Assembly (NCBI GenBank): GCA_963847185.1
Contig: CAWJYV010000008.1
Location: forward strand, 832,001-896,000
DNA length: 64,000 nucleotides
Source: an uncultured Methanosarcinaceae archaeon
GTDB lineage: Archaea > Halobacteriota > Methanosarcinia > Methanosarcinales > Methanosarcinaceae
Direction of reading: 5' to 3'
The notes under the pieces are model-generated. The model did no database searches. It was not told where the DNA came from and saw only the letters and a program-made list of their open reading frames with translations. This document shows, piece after piece, positions 9,792-19,134 of this stretch. The translations under genes and the position numbers were made by a program. Each line of letters opens with the position of its first letter. Position 1 is the stretch's first letter.

Positions 9792-10175
9792 ATGCAAAAA
9801 AATATTATTAAGATACTGAGCATCTTTTTGTTAACATGCTTCGTAATGTCCATGACCGCAGCAGCAGCATGTAGCGGCGGTTCATGTAGTGTGACTAAAG
9901 CAACTGCAAAGCCTGACTCATTCAGTCTCAGTTCTTCTAAAAAATGTGGTAATGTCCTGTCCAATGACAAGGGGACCGGTCTGAAAGTTACTACTACCGG
10001 ATACATTAAAACCGCAAAAGGTGCAAAAGTCTACATGAAGAGCAACGGTTACTTCTGCTACACTGCAAAGTCTTGCTCTACCGGTACTATCACTGACAGC
10101 TTCACCTACAAAATAAAAGACAAATACGGAAAAACTTCCAGTGCAAAAGTTACAATAAGGTACAAGTGCAGATAA
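9792..10175 (+). CDS. Small secreted Cys/Lys-rich protein with one Ig-like (Big_9/VCBS-like) domain
   Basis: Signal peptide MQKNIIKILSIFLLTCFVMSMTAAAA; GNVLSND...DSFTYKIKD..G.TSSAKVTI pattern; start moved from track's 9690 to ATG 9792 (9783 is an alternative). Confidence 0.75.
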   Translation: MQKNIIKILSIFLLTCFVMSMTAAAACSGGSCSVTKATAKPDSFSLSSSKKCGNVLSNDKGTGLKVTTTGYIKTAKGAKVYMKSNGYFCYTAKSCSTGTITDSFTYKIKDKYGKTSSAKVTIRYKCR

Positions 10176-10261
10176 ATACTGTAACCGTAAACCTTAAGGG
10201 AAAAGGAAGTTTTATCTTCCGGGAATTTAATTCCCAATTCCCTACCAATTTTACTTCTAAA

Positions 10262-10810
10262 TTATGGAACCAGGTCAATCCAGTCAATGGTTCCAGGTTC
10301 GTATTCGGGCATATCTTCTTCACTCCCACTTAAAATGTGGTCTATTATTCTCTCGATATCCTGCCCGACTTCTTCAATGCTCTTTCCTGTAGTATTTACT
10401 TCAAAGACTTTTTTGCACCACTCGAATGCTTCAACCAGGATCACATCAAGAGCTTCAGCTTCAAAATTTTCTTTTATTTTCTCTTCCGAGTAGCTGCGTG
10501 TTTCCAGCCTCTTGTCCAGTTCAGGTGGATATGCTCTGAGTACAATAACGATATCTGCAATATAATGAGAAAGGTGGCTTTCAAGAATTGTTACCTCATT
10601 TTCCTTTCCATTAATAGTTTCTCCAAGCTGTTTCCGGACAAGTTCCATATCCGCAACGACAGCATCCCTTTTCTCATCAATTTCAGTGTAGAGGTGCTTT
10701 TCTTTGATAAGCTCATTAAGGTGAACTACTTTCCAATGCCTTTTTTTTTCAAGAAATCTGCTTACTGAGGTTTTTCCAGTACCTGGAGTACCGGTGAGTC
10801 CTATTAACAT
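10262..10810 (-). CDS. Atypical adenylate kinase (AK6/Fap7 family)
   Basis: LTGTPGTGKTS P-loop, ESHLSH motif, KIKENFEAEALDVIL. Confidence 0.9.
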   Translation of the reverse strand: MLIGLTGTPGTGKTSVSRFLEKKRHWKVVHLNELIKEKHLYTEIDEKRDAVVADMELVRKQLGETINGKENEVTILESHLSHYIADIVIVLRAYPPELDKRLETRSYSEEKIKENFEAEALDVILVEAFEWCKKVFEVNTTGKSIEEVGQDIERIIDHILSGSEEDMPEYEPGTIDWIDLVP

Positions 10811-10859
10811 GGGAAGAAAAACGGGTTCATAGCAGTTATATTTAATGCAGATCCTCTAT

Positions 10860-12026
10860 CTAAACTTTTAAATGACTGTAATATAAAATTAGTCTGGATA
10901 CTATTTTTTCCCAATCATATTCTCCAGCTTTACGTAAAACTATATTGGAGAATTTGTTGTAAGAAACTTCTTTTTTAATCACCTTCTTGATACTTTCTGC
11001 AATCTCCCTATCTCCAAGTACCACAATAAACCCATCCAGTCCATCTTCAACAAGTGACTGTGCTGCGTTATATTTCTCATTTACAGTCGCCACAGGTACC
11101 CCACAGGCAAAAGCCTCTATTACGACCATCCCGAAGCCTTCTCTACTTGAGGGCAGCACAAGCATCTTTGAAGCCTTAATTTTCCCTATTAGTTCCCTAT
11201 ACTCCTGAAAGCCCGCAAACTCAATATTTTCGTAAACTCTCATTTTCTTCGAAAGCTCAACCAGAGAGTTCTTTTCAGGCCCATCTCCAACAACGCAGCA
11301 CTTAATTTTCGGAAAAGTGGGTTTTAACAGAGCCAAAGCTTTAATCAAGACATCAACATTCTTTTCTTTTATAAGCCGTCCGGCAAAAATTACATCATAA
11401 ATCTTTTTTTCCGCTTCTGCAGAAGCCCAGTCACCTTCAGGTTCAATATCCGAAATTCTTTTAAGATCTATACCGTTTGGGATAACCGCAATCTTCTTTT
11501 CGGGGGTACCAAGCGTTTCAAGCCTCTTCTTAGTCCAATCCGAAACCGCTATATTATTCCCTGATACTTTTGAAACCATTTTTTCTATTATCATCCCGAA
11601 AAAACCCTTATTTTTTCCCAGGTATTCGTACCAGTAATCATTCCATACTTCATGCCATGTAAATACCGAAGGAGTTTTTTTCAGGAATGAGATTGCCTTT
11701 ACGGTGAAACAGGAAAAATAGGGAAAGACACTTACATCTATAAGGTCGAACTTTTCTTTTCTGAGTACCGGAAATAATTTTACAGCAAACACAAGTGCTT
11801 CGGAGATTGAACGCCTGCCGTTAACGTACAGACTTCGGGCTTTGCAAACCCCGTGCAGGGTCATACCTTCGTACTTAATAGTATCTTCGCCTTCCCACCA
11901 TTTGATCCCGAAAATGTGTATTTCATATCCTCTGGTCGAGAGGCGTTTTCCCAATTCATGGATACGCATTTCTGCGCCGCCCTTTACCCAGGGATAGATG
12001 GCATCATATACGAAGGCGATTTTCAT
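10860..12026 (-). CDS. Glycosyltransferase family 4
   Basis: KGGAE, IPNGID, FAGRL..EKN, PSSREGFGMVVIEAFACG. Confidence 0.93.
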   Translation of the reverse strand: MKIAFVYDAIYPWVKGGAEMRIHELGKRLSTRGYEIHIFGIKWWEGEDTIKYEGMTLHGVCKARSLYVNGRRSISEALVFAVKLFPVLRKEKFDLIDVSVFPYFSCFTVKAISFLKKTPSVFTWHEVWNDYWYEYLGKNKGFFGMIIEKMVSKVSGNNIAVSDWTKKRLETLGTPEKKIAVIPNGIDLKRISDIEPEGDWASAEAEKKIYDVIFAGRLIKEKNVDVLIKALALLKPTFPKIKCCVVGDGPEKNSLVELSKKMRVYENIEFAGFQEYRELIGKIKASKMLVLPSSREGFGMVVIEAFACGVPVATVNEKYNAAQSLVEDGLDGFIVVLGDREIAESIKKVIKKEVSYNKFSNIVLRKAGEYDWEKIVSRLILYYSHLKV

Positions 12027-12034
12027 TGCATCAC

Positions 12035-13180
12035 TTACCAGTCGGTATCCACTTCAAGAAGCATCACGCTTACAAAAATCGCAGCAAAGATCAGCTGTAG
12101 CCCAACTGCCGCAAGTACCATTGAAATAACTGCGGATTCCACCTCTTCAAGAGATCCGTATCCAGAATTGATCCAGTTATAAGCAACCTTCAGCCCGAGA
12201 ATTAGGCCTGAGCCCAGGATAAGGGAGCCTCCAAGCAGTTCTTTTTCGAGAGAGTGATAACTCAGCAGTTTCCTGCTTTTTTTACCGTTCCGGTACATGC
12301 CATGGATCAGACCGTATGTTTTCATGTACCCTCCGGTGGCAAGAGTTTGTCCTCCAATAATTAAGAGCATGCTGCCTAAAATAAAGGAATGTAACCGGTT
12401 GTATGCAGCACTCTCAGTGAGAAGGAGAGAAGTGGTTATAAGAAAACCGAGAATAAACACAAAAGCACCTGGCAGGTAAAGGAAAGGAACTGGTTGATAG
12501 AGCATCATGAAGCGGACGTGCCGCCAGCCGTCCTGAAATGAACGCAGTTTGGAAGGGGCTCTGCGTGAGTAATAAGTAATGGGTACTTCTTCAATTCTCA
12601 ATCCACTTTTTGCGGCTTCAATTATCATTTCGGATGCTAACTCCATTCCGTGAGTTTTAAGGTTCATTTTCTCAAGAGCTTCTTTTGTAAAAGCCCTCAT
12701 CCCGCAGTGAGCATCTGAAATTTTTGTTTTGAAGAGGAAGTTGAGCATTCCGGTCAATAGAGGGTTGCCTACGTACTGGTGTAGCCAGGGCATAGCTCCT
12801 TTTTTGATATTGCCTTTAAGTCTGCTTCCCATTACAAAATCCGCTTCTCCTGCCATAAGGGGGTCAAGAAATTTATCGAGCTCAAGCAGATCGTAAGTAT
12901 TGTCCGCGTCTGCAATAGCGATATACTCTCCCTTTGCTTCGGCAAGCCCTTTTAGATAGGCATTTCCATATCCTTTTATCGGGCCTATCACCTTTGCACC
13001 CATAGACGCTGCAATCTCTGGGGTTCTGTCTGATGAGTTGTCAGCAACTATGATCTCCCCTTCTATCCCATATTTTTTGAATATAGTCCGGGCTTTCTCT
13101 ATGCAAATTCGGATGGTTTCTTCTTCATTCATGGAAGGCATTACTATAGAAAGAAGGGGCATGTCGAGCTTATACAGCAT
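12035..13180 (-). CDS. Glycosyltransferase family 2 (polyprenol-phosphate glycosyltransferase-like) with C-terminal TM helices
   Basis: SIVMPSMNEE, VADNSSD, GYGNA, DADNTY, DAHCGMRAF; four hydrophobic C-terminal segments. Confidence 0.9.
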   Translation of the reverse strand: MLYKLDMPLLSIVMPSMNEEETIRICIEKARTIFKKYGIEGEIIVADNSSDRTPEIAASMGAKVIGPIKGYGNAYLKGLAEAKGEYIAIADADNTYDLLELDKFLDPLMAGEADFVMGSRLKGNIKKGAMPWLHQYVGNPLLTGMLNFLFKTKISDAHCGMRAFTKEALEKMNLKTHGMELASEMIIEAAKSGLRIEEVPITYYSRRAPSKLRSFQDGWRHVRFMMLYQPVPFLYLPGAFVFILGFLITTSLLLTESAAYNRLHSFILGSMLLIIGGQTLATGGYMKTYGLIHGMYRNGKKSRKLLSYHSLEKELLGGSLILGSGLILGLKVAYNWINSGYGSLEEVESAVISMVLAAVGLQLIFAAIFVSVMLLEVDTDW

Positions 13181-13452
13181 ATTTCCTAATAACTATTTTG
13201 ATACATCTCATTATCAGGAACTGGTAATTCCTAATCTACTTTTCCACAGTAGTGCCTGCAGCAGAATGAGGTTAGTAAAGCCCGGGACAGATGACATAAA
13301 AAAATTGACTCTTTCTAACAAGATATATAAGGCATCAGAAAATTGTTTTTAGGAAGGAATTTGGAGTTTTCGGAAAATCATCAAGTGCGTTATTTTTATT
13401 TGAAATCCGAATTTTTTACTTATATGTTAATTGACTTCTAAAAGGGGATTGA

Positions 13453-14082
13453 ATGGTTAAGATTAACGTAATATTTCACAGTATCTACGGGCACATTTAC
13501 AAGATGGCAGAAGCCGTAGCTGCAGGGGCAAGAGAGGTCGAAGGAGCTGAAGTAGAAATCTATCAGGTGCCTGAGACTCTGCCTGAAGAGGTTCTGGTGA
13601 AAATGGGGGCAATTGAGACAAAGAAGCTTTTTGCCCATATTCCTGTACTGACAAGGGATATGTACGAGGAAATATTTGCGGGAGCCGATGCGCTGATATT
13701 CGGAACTCCTACTCGTTATGGGATGATGACAGCACAGATGCGTACAGTCTTTGATGGGCTTGGAGGGTTATGGAGTAGAGATGCTCTTGTAGGAAAGGTA
13801 GGGAGCGTCTTCACTTCAAGCGGAACGCAGCATGGGGGCCAGGAATCCACAATCCTCACATCTCATGTCACCCTGCTTCATCTGGGAATGGTTATTGTAG
13901 GGCTTCCTTATGCAGAAAAAAGGCAGACAAGAATGGATGAAATTACAGGTGGGAGTCCATATGGTGCTTCAACAATTGCCGCAGGAGACGGAAGCCGCCA
14001 GCCGTCAGATAATGAGCTAGCAATGGCTCGTTACCAGGGTAGATATGTAACCCAAATCACAAAAAAAATAGCTGGAAAGTAA
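13453..14082 (+). CDS. wrbA: NAD(P)H:quinone oxidoreductase WrbA
   Basis: SIYGH, QVPETL, FGTPTRYG, SGTQHGGQEST, GGSPYGA. Confidence 0.93.
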   Translation: MVKINVIFHSIYGHIYKMAEAVAAGAREVEGAEVEIYQVPETLPEEVLVKMGAIETKKLFAHIPVLTRDMYEEIFAGADALIFGTPTRYGMMTAQMRTVFDGLGGLWSRDALVGKVGSVFTSSGTQHGGQESTILTSHVTLLHLGMVIVGLPYAEKRQTRMDEITGGSPYGASTIAAGDGSRQPSDNELAMARYQGRYVTQITKKIAGK

Positions 14083-14104
14083 AAAGTAATGTCTTTGTTT
14101 TTTG

Positions 14105-14149
14105 AAATAAAAATGGATGGAAATTTTTTAAAATAAAAATGGATGGAAA
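14105..14149. repeat. Direct repeat AAATAAAAATGGATGGAAA x2
   Basis: Two copies 26 bp apart downstream of wrbA. Confidence 0.7.
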
Positions 14150-14206
14150 ACGTTTCCTTCTTAAAGGGTGTTCTCCATATTTTTCATTTTTTACCTTACA
14201 AAATGC

Positions 14207-14362
14207 TTAACCAAGACCTGGAAAGGAGGCTCCTCTGGACTTGAATTTTTCCTGAGCTTTTCTCAGGCATGCCAGAGTACAGTAAACTGCTTTATTTTCA
14301 GCATTTTCAAGGACAAAGAATTCCTTCCCACAAAAGGGGCATGTTTTTTTCACGTGAGTCAT
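14207..14362 (-). CDS. Small putative metal-binding protein, TRASH/YHS-like (51 aa; not in ORF track)
   Basis: Manual translation MTHVKKTCPFCGKEFFVLENAENKAVYCTLACLRKAQEKFKSRGASFPGLG*; CxxC-x16-CxxxC. Confidence 0.7.
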   Translation of the reverse strand: MTHVKKTCPFCGKEFFVLENAENKAVYCTLACLRKAQEKFKSRGASFPGLG

Positions 14363-14850
14363 TGTAACCACGTTTTTAGAGTACTTATTGATATCATTTT
14401 TTTAATACATTTCTTAACATTACTCTATTCAATATAAACTTTGTTACTAATTTTATATACTCTCTGAAAAATATTAACTAAGTTGCCTTGCATAAATTTT
14501 CTTTTTTACAACCAAATATCTCTAAAGGAGAATTAAACTTTGACTTCCGTTAAATTCAATGTCAAAATTTATTTAGTAACTCTCTTATGAGGTAAGCTGT
14601 TCTCTAGGTTAAAATTTCGTTTTTCAGTAAAATTTTTTATCCTAAAGTATATGAGGCAATAAATTCAATTCTCTTAATAAATTCGATTTTCACATTCATT
14701 TAATTTTCTTTGATAGGGTTAAGTTAAGAGACAATTCAAACCCTATAGATTAAATACAGTTTGAAAAATATCTTACACTCTGTACTGCAATTTAAGGTAG
14801 ATTTTCTTTACAGAGGACAGGATTTAAGAGAAAAACAGGAGGTATCCGGG

Positions 14851-16859
14851 ATTAGGCCGCTTATTTTCGGAAATGGAAGAATCCTGATTTGTGAAGATGA
14901 AAAAGGGACTATAAGAGATGTCTATTTCCCATATGTCGGGCTTGAGAATCACGGTAACTCTATAAAGACAGGTATATGTGACCTTGATTCACTTTATTGC
15001 AGCTGGCTTGAAAACTGGAAAATAACTCAGCGGTACAAATCAAAGTTTGAAGAAGACTTCTATTCCCATATTCTCGAAATTACAGAATGCGGGGGAAATG
15101 TAGAAGGATTAAGAGAGGGAACTAAAGGCAAAAGAAGCCTGAAGCATGTAAAGAAATCGTTTCTAATATAGGAGAGACAACCTTCGAAAACTCCGACATA
15201 GGGCTTAAGGTCACTATCTGGGAGGCTGTCCACCCATCGGTAAATATCTTTTACAGGACCTTTGAGGTCAAGAATAATTCAAATGTCTCCAGACACCTGC
15301 GTCTTTTTTCCAACCAGAACTACCATATTCTCGAGACTAAAATCGGGGAAACTGCCGTAATTGATAAACAGAATCTTATCCATTACAAACGCGACCGTTA
15401 TTTTCTGCATGCAAGTGATCCGGCTTTTGATCAGTACGCTGTAGGGACTGCTGAATGGAAGGGGCTTGAAGGCACCTGGAAAGATATGGAAGATGATGCA
15501 ACCTTAAGTGGAAATCCTGTAGCTCACGGTTCCGTAGATTCCACGCTTGGCTGGACTCTTCCTGAACTGAAGCCCGGAGAAACTACAAGAGTACACTACT
15601 GGATTGTTCTCGGGAAGAAGTACTGCAACGTGCTCAAAATCCATAAACGAGTGAAGGAAGCTGGAAGAAACACTCTCTTTCATCATAATTTCAATTTCTG
15701 GAACTCTTTTACTGAAAGAGCATCTGTGCTTCCGGAATTCTCCTTCATGTCTCAGCTTCCTGAAAGAGTTTCAAAATGCTTTTACAGGAGCCTCCTTGCA
15801 GTTGTCGCGCACATGGATATTACGGGCTCAGTGATCGCATCCTGTGACTCGGATATAAAGCAGTTCGGGGCAGACCTGTACAGTTACTGCTGGCCCAGAG
15901 ACGCGGCCTGGGTCTGCCTTGCGCTTGACAGGGCGAGATATCACCACCTGAGTTCCGAGATTTTTGAGTTTTTCTCAAAGATTATTACCCATAGAGGCAA
16001 TTTCCTTCACAAGTATACTCCCGCAGGAGATTTCGGGAGCACATGGCACCCTGTACCCATGGTACAGATAGATGAAACGGGACTTCCCCTGTATGCCCTT
16101 TATAAAAACTGGGAAATTGCAAAGAGTGTATGGACAACAGGCAGGTACTACAGAGGACTTGTAATTCCTGCAGCTAACTACCTCATAAAAGCTCTTGACA
16201 AAACAACAGGCCTGCCAATTTCAAGTTTTGATCTGTGGGAAGAACGAAAAGGCATGCATACTTATAGTGCCTGCACGGTCTATGCCGGTCTTAACGGCGC
16301 CTCCGAACTTTCCCGTTCCCTTGGAGACTATGACAACGCAAACCGCTGGAAGGAAGCTGCAGATCGCATCAAAGAATCTATTCAGCAGAGACTCTATGAC
16401 GATAAACTCAAGCGTTTCAGGCGTTCTCTCGATGACCCTGCACTTGACTCCTCAGTATTTGCGGTCTGGTACTTTGGAATTCTTCCTGCTGATAATCCTA
16501 AAGTTGTAAGGACAATGGAAGCTATCGAACGCGAACTTAAACGTCCTTCAGGCGGGATTGCCAGATATCTTCACGACAGCTATTATGGCTATATGAATAG
16601 CTGGATAATTTGCACTCTATGGCTGTCCCAGTGGCATTCTGCAGTCGGAAACCTTGAAAAAGCCCTTGAACTTCTTGATTGGTGTGCAGCTCATGCTCAT
16701 CCATCAGGCCTTATGCCCGAACAGGTAGACAACAAAGGCAGACCTCTTTCTGTCCTCCCCCTTGCCTGGTCTCACTCAGCCTACCTGCTGGCCGTCCTTG
16801 AATACCTGCAAGCCCTTAATAAAAGAAAAGGCGGTATCTGCAGCTTCACTGAAGAGTGA
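14851..16859 (+). pseudogene. GH15 glucoamylase/trehalase-like hydrolase, split by one frameshift near 15126-15168
   Basis: N-part RPLIFGNG...DVYFPYVGLENH; -1 frame is open from about 15126 into the 15486 ORF with YCWPRDAA, QIDETG, DLWEE, LMPEQV, PLAWSH; may be a sequencing indel. Confidence 0.8.
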
Positions 16860-17061
16860 AAAATATCATTAGGAAACCGAATATTCCAAAAATTAATCCT
16901 CTTGTATGCGCACAGAGAAAGGAAAAAGTAACCCACAATAGTCCTCTTAATAGCATTGTAAACCCTCTTCTTTCCGAGGCTCAATTATAATTGCTGTAAG
17001 GGGTTTGTTAGAAATGTATGATCCCGAAAAATAAAAATTAAGCTATGAATCTTCACCAGAG

Positions 17062-17228
17062 ATTAGTCCTCTTGAGCGAAGCGAAAAGGACCGCGTACTC
17101 CCGAGGCGCAATTCGGGGCGAAAAGGACCGCGTACTCCCGAGGCGCAATTCGGGGCGAAAAGGACCGCGTACTCCCGAGGCGCAATTCGGGACGAAAAGG
17201 ACTGCGTACTCCCGAGGCGCAATTCGGG
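17062..17228 (+). repeat. Hairpin repeat element, locus A: head plus 4 tandem 37 bp units
   Basis: Head ATTAGTCCTCTTGAGCGAA; unit GCGAAAAGGACCGCGTACTCCCGAGGCGCAATTCGGG at 17081, 17118, 17155, 17192; no spacers. Confidence 0.95.
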
Positions 17229-17230
17229 AG

Positions 17231-17668
17231 TTAAAACCTTTTCTCAAAGTACAGGTACCCTTTTTCCTCTTTCTGGAATGTAAAGCCATGTTTGAGGTAC
17301 ATGTCTATCGCTTTAGTAAGAGTTGAATCGGTTTTAAGTACAGCACCTGAGCAGTTTTTTTCGGCAAAATCCAGGGCAGCCATAAAAAGCTTTTTTCCGT
17401 TGCCTGTTCCCCTGAAATCTTTTTTAAGGTATATGCGCCTGATTTCGCATATGCCCTCCTCAAGTTTTCTGACGCCTGCAGTGCCGACAACTCTCCCGGC
17501 TTCAACTCCTACAAAAAAAGTACCTCCGCGTCCAAAGTAATAACCTTTTATGTCCTTAAGATCTGAGTCTTTACTACTGTCAAACTCAAAGCCGTGCTCC
17601 AGCAGGACTTCAAGGATAATATCACGGACTTCTTCATTTCTGGAATCGTCATATGTCTGTATTATCAT
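17231..17668 (-). CDS. GNAT family N-acetyltransferase
   Basis: VVGTAGV, CEIRRIYL..DFRGTGNGKKL, AIDMYLKHGF. Confidence 0.9.
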   Translation of the reverse strand: MIIQTYDDSRNEEVRDIILEVLLEHGFEFDSSKDSDLKDIKGYYFGRGGTFFVGVEAGRVVGTAGVRKLEEGICEIRRIYLKKDFRGTGNGKKLFMAALDFAEKNCSGAVLKTDSTLTKAIDMYLKHGFTFQKEEKGYLYFEKRF

Positions 17669-17710
17669 TTTTCTCTCTCCCTGGCCAGACCTTAAGGTTT
17701 CTGTCTTCCT

Positions 17711-18982
17711 TTACCTGCCGGTTTCCAGACTTTTTTGTGATACTCCGGGGTTAAAATGTCTCTGAAAATTGAGGTATTTTTCAGGATTTCTCAGGAAGTC
17801 CAGGGAAATGGTGTAAAATATCTCTGTGCCGGTAATCAGGATATCTTCATCAATATCGAAGGTACAGGAATGGTTGATTTCCACAATTCTTTTTTCAGGA
17901 TTCCGGGTACCGAGTGAAATGAATATTCCGGGAACTTTTTGCAGGTAACCTGCAAAATCTTCGGCTGCAAAGGTTTTTCCTATATCCGGATAAATTGTGA
18001 GTTCCGGAAAACTCTCCTGCAGTTTTGAATCTACAGCATCCGTGAAAACAGGGTCATTTACCAGGACGGGATATCCATGCAGGATATCAAGATCATAGTC
18101 AGAAAAGCCTGAAAACTCCTCTCCGGATTTTATGTATTTTTTTACTACTGCATCAAGACACTCTTTTATTGTCCTGTCAATTATATCCGTTGTCTCTCTG
18201 TCAAAAGTCCGATAGCTTCCTAGAATTCCCACACTGTCAGGGATTCTATTGAACTGAGCTCCTCCCTGGATTCTCCCCACTCCAAGGACATATTTATCCT
18301 GCTCAAGTTGCTTCTCCAGAGCAGAATAGAGGCTATTTATGAAGTCTACTGCCATTCTCACAGGATCAATACATTTTGCAGGCAGTGAGATATGGCCTCC
18401 TTTTCCTTTAAGAATGACTTCAAAACGGTTAGTGCTTGCCATAAAAGGTCCTGGGCGAAGCCCTACACTTCCTGCCTCATGATTTGTAAATATATGCATA
18501 CCCATGACTGCGTCTGCGCCTTCAAGTCCACCTTCTGCAACCACCCTTTCCGAACCGCCTGGCGGGATTTCTTCTGCAGGCTGAAAGATAAGGCGGACTT
18601 CACCCGGAAAGTCTCTGTTTTCCTGAAAAAGCCGTGCAGCCCCAAAAAGCATTGCCATATGCCCATCATGCCCGCAGGCATGCATCACTCCATTATTTCT
18701 GGAAATGTAATCCCGGTTCCTTTCCGTCAATTCTTCCTGCACCTGCAGCCCGTCCGTATCTGTGCGAAGAGCGATACAGGGGCCGGGTAATGTCCCCTTA
18801 ATGCTTGCAAGCACACCGGTATCCGCAATTTTCCTGGCTTCTATTCCCAATTCTCCAAGAATTTTCAGGATTCTTTTCTGGGTTTCATGTTCTTCAAAAC
18901 TGAGTTCGGGGTACTGGTGAAATTCGCGTCTCAGCCGGATAATCCAGGCTTCAAGCGTTTTTGCACTCGATTTATCTCTCAA
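17711..18982 (-). CDS. M20 family amidohydrolase (M20D)
   Basis: RREFHQYPELSFEE, MHACGHDGH, FQPAEE, GKGGH, AEDFAGY, NHS..FDIDE. Confidence 0.92.
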   Translation of the reverse strand: MRDKSSAKTLEAWIIRLRREFHQYPELSFEEHETQKRILKILGELGIEARKIADTGVLASIKGTLPGPCIALRTDTDGLQVQEELTERNRDYISRNNGVMHACGHDGHMAMLFGAARLFQENRDFPGEVRLIFQPAEEIPPGGSERVVAEGGLEGADAVMGMHIFTNHEAGSVGLRPGPFMASTNRFEVILKGKGGHISLPAKCIDPVRMAVDFINSLYSALEKQLEQDKYVLGVGRIQGGAQFNRIPDSVGILGSYRTFDRETTDIIDRTIKECLDAVVKKYIKSGEEFSGFSDYDLDILHGYPVLVNDPVFTDAVDSKLQESFPELTIYPDIGKTFAAEDFAGYLQKVPGIFISLGTRNPEKRIVEINHSCTFDIDEDILITGTEIFYTISLDFLRNPEKYLNFQRHFNPGVSQKSLETGR

Positions 18983-19055
18983 AAATATTACCTCGGATTT
19001 TCTGCACTGCAGTTTATTCCTACTGGCCTGTGATAATTACTCTATCTTCTAAAAT

Positions 19056-19134
19056 TACTTTCTTTTCTTCTTTAATGACTACTTTCTTTTCTTCTTTAAT
19101 GGCTACTTTCTTTTTCTTCTTTAATGACTACTTT
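19056..19134. repeat. ~24 bp tandem repeat x3 (TACTTTCTTTTCTTCTTTAATGAC)
   Basis: Visible in the divergent intergenic region. Confidence 0.8.

Noticed and set aside
10860-10862. Pyrrolysine read-through at the TAG ending the GT4 gene
   Set aside because: The domain is complete and read-through adds only a few residues before TAA.
15169-15171. Pyrrolysine read-through of the TAG in the GH15 gene
   Set aside because: The continuation of the protein is in the -1 frame; in-frame read-through hits another TAG ten codons later.
17081-17228. CRISPR array (37 bp repeats)
   Set aside because: Units are head-to-tail with no unique spacers, no leader and no cas genes; the same applies to the other three loci.
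17045-17326. ORFs 17045-17326, 17053-17289, 23853-24302, 40319-40534, 46962-47165, 47079-47303
   Set aside because: Translations of the hairpin repeats (RTAYSRGAIR / PELRLGS) or antisense shadows; no independent coding signal.
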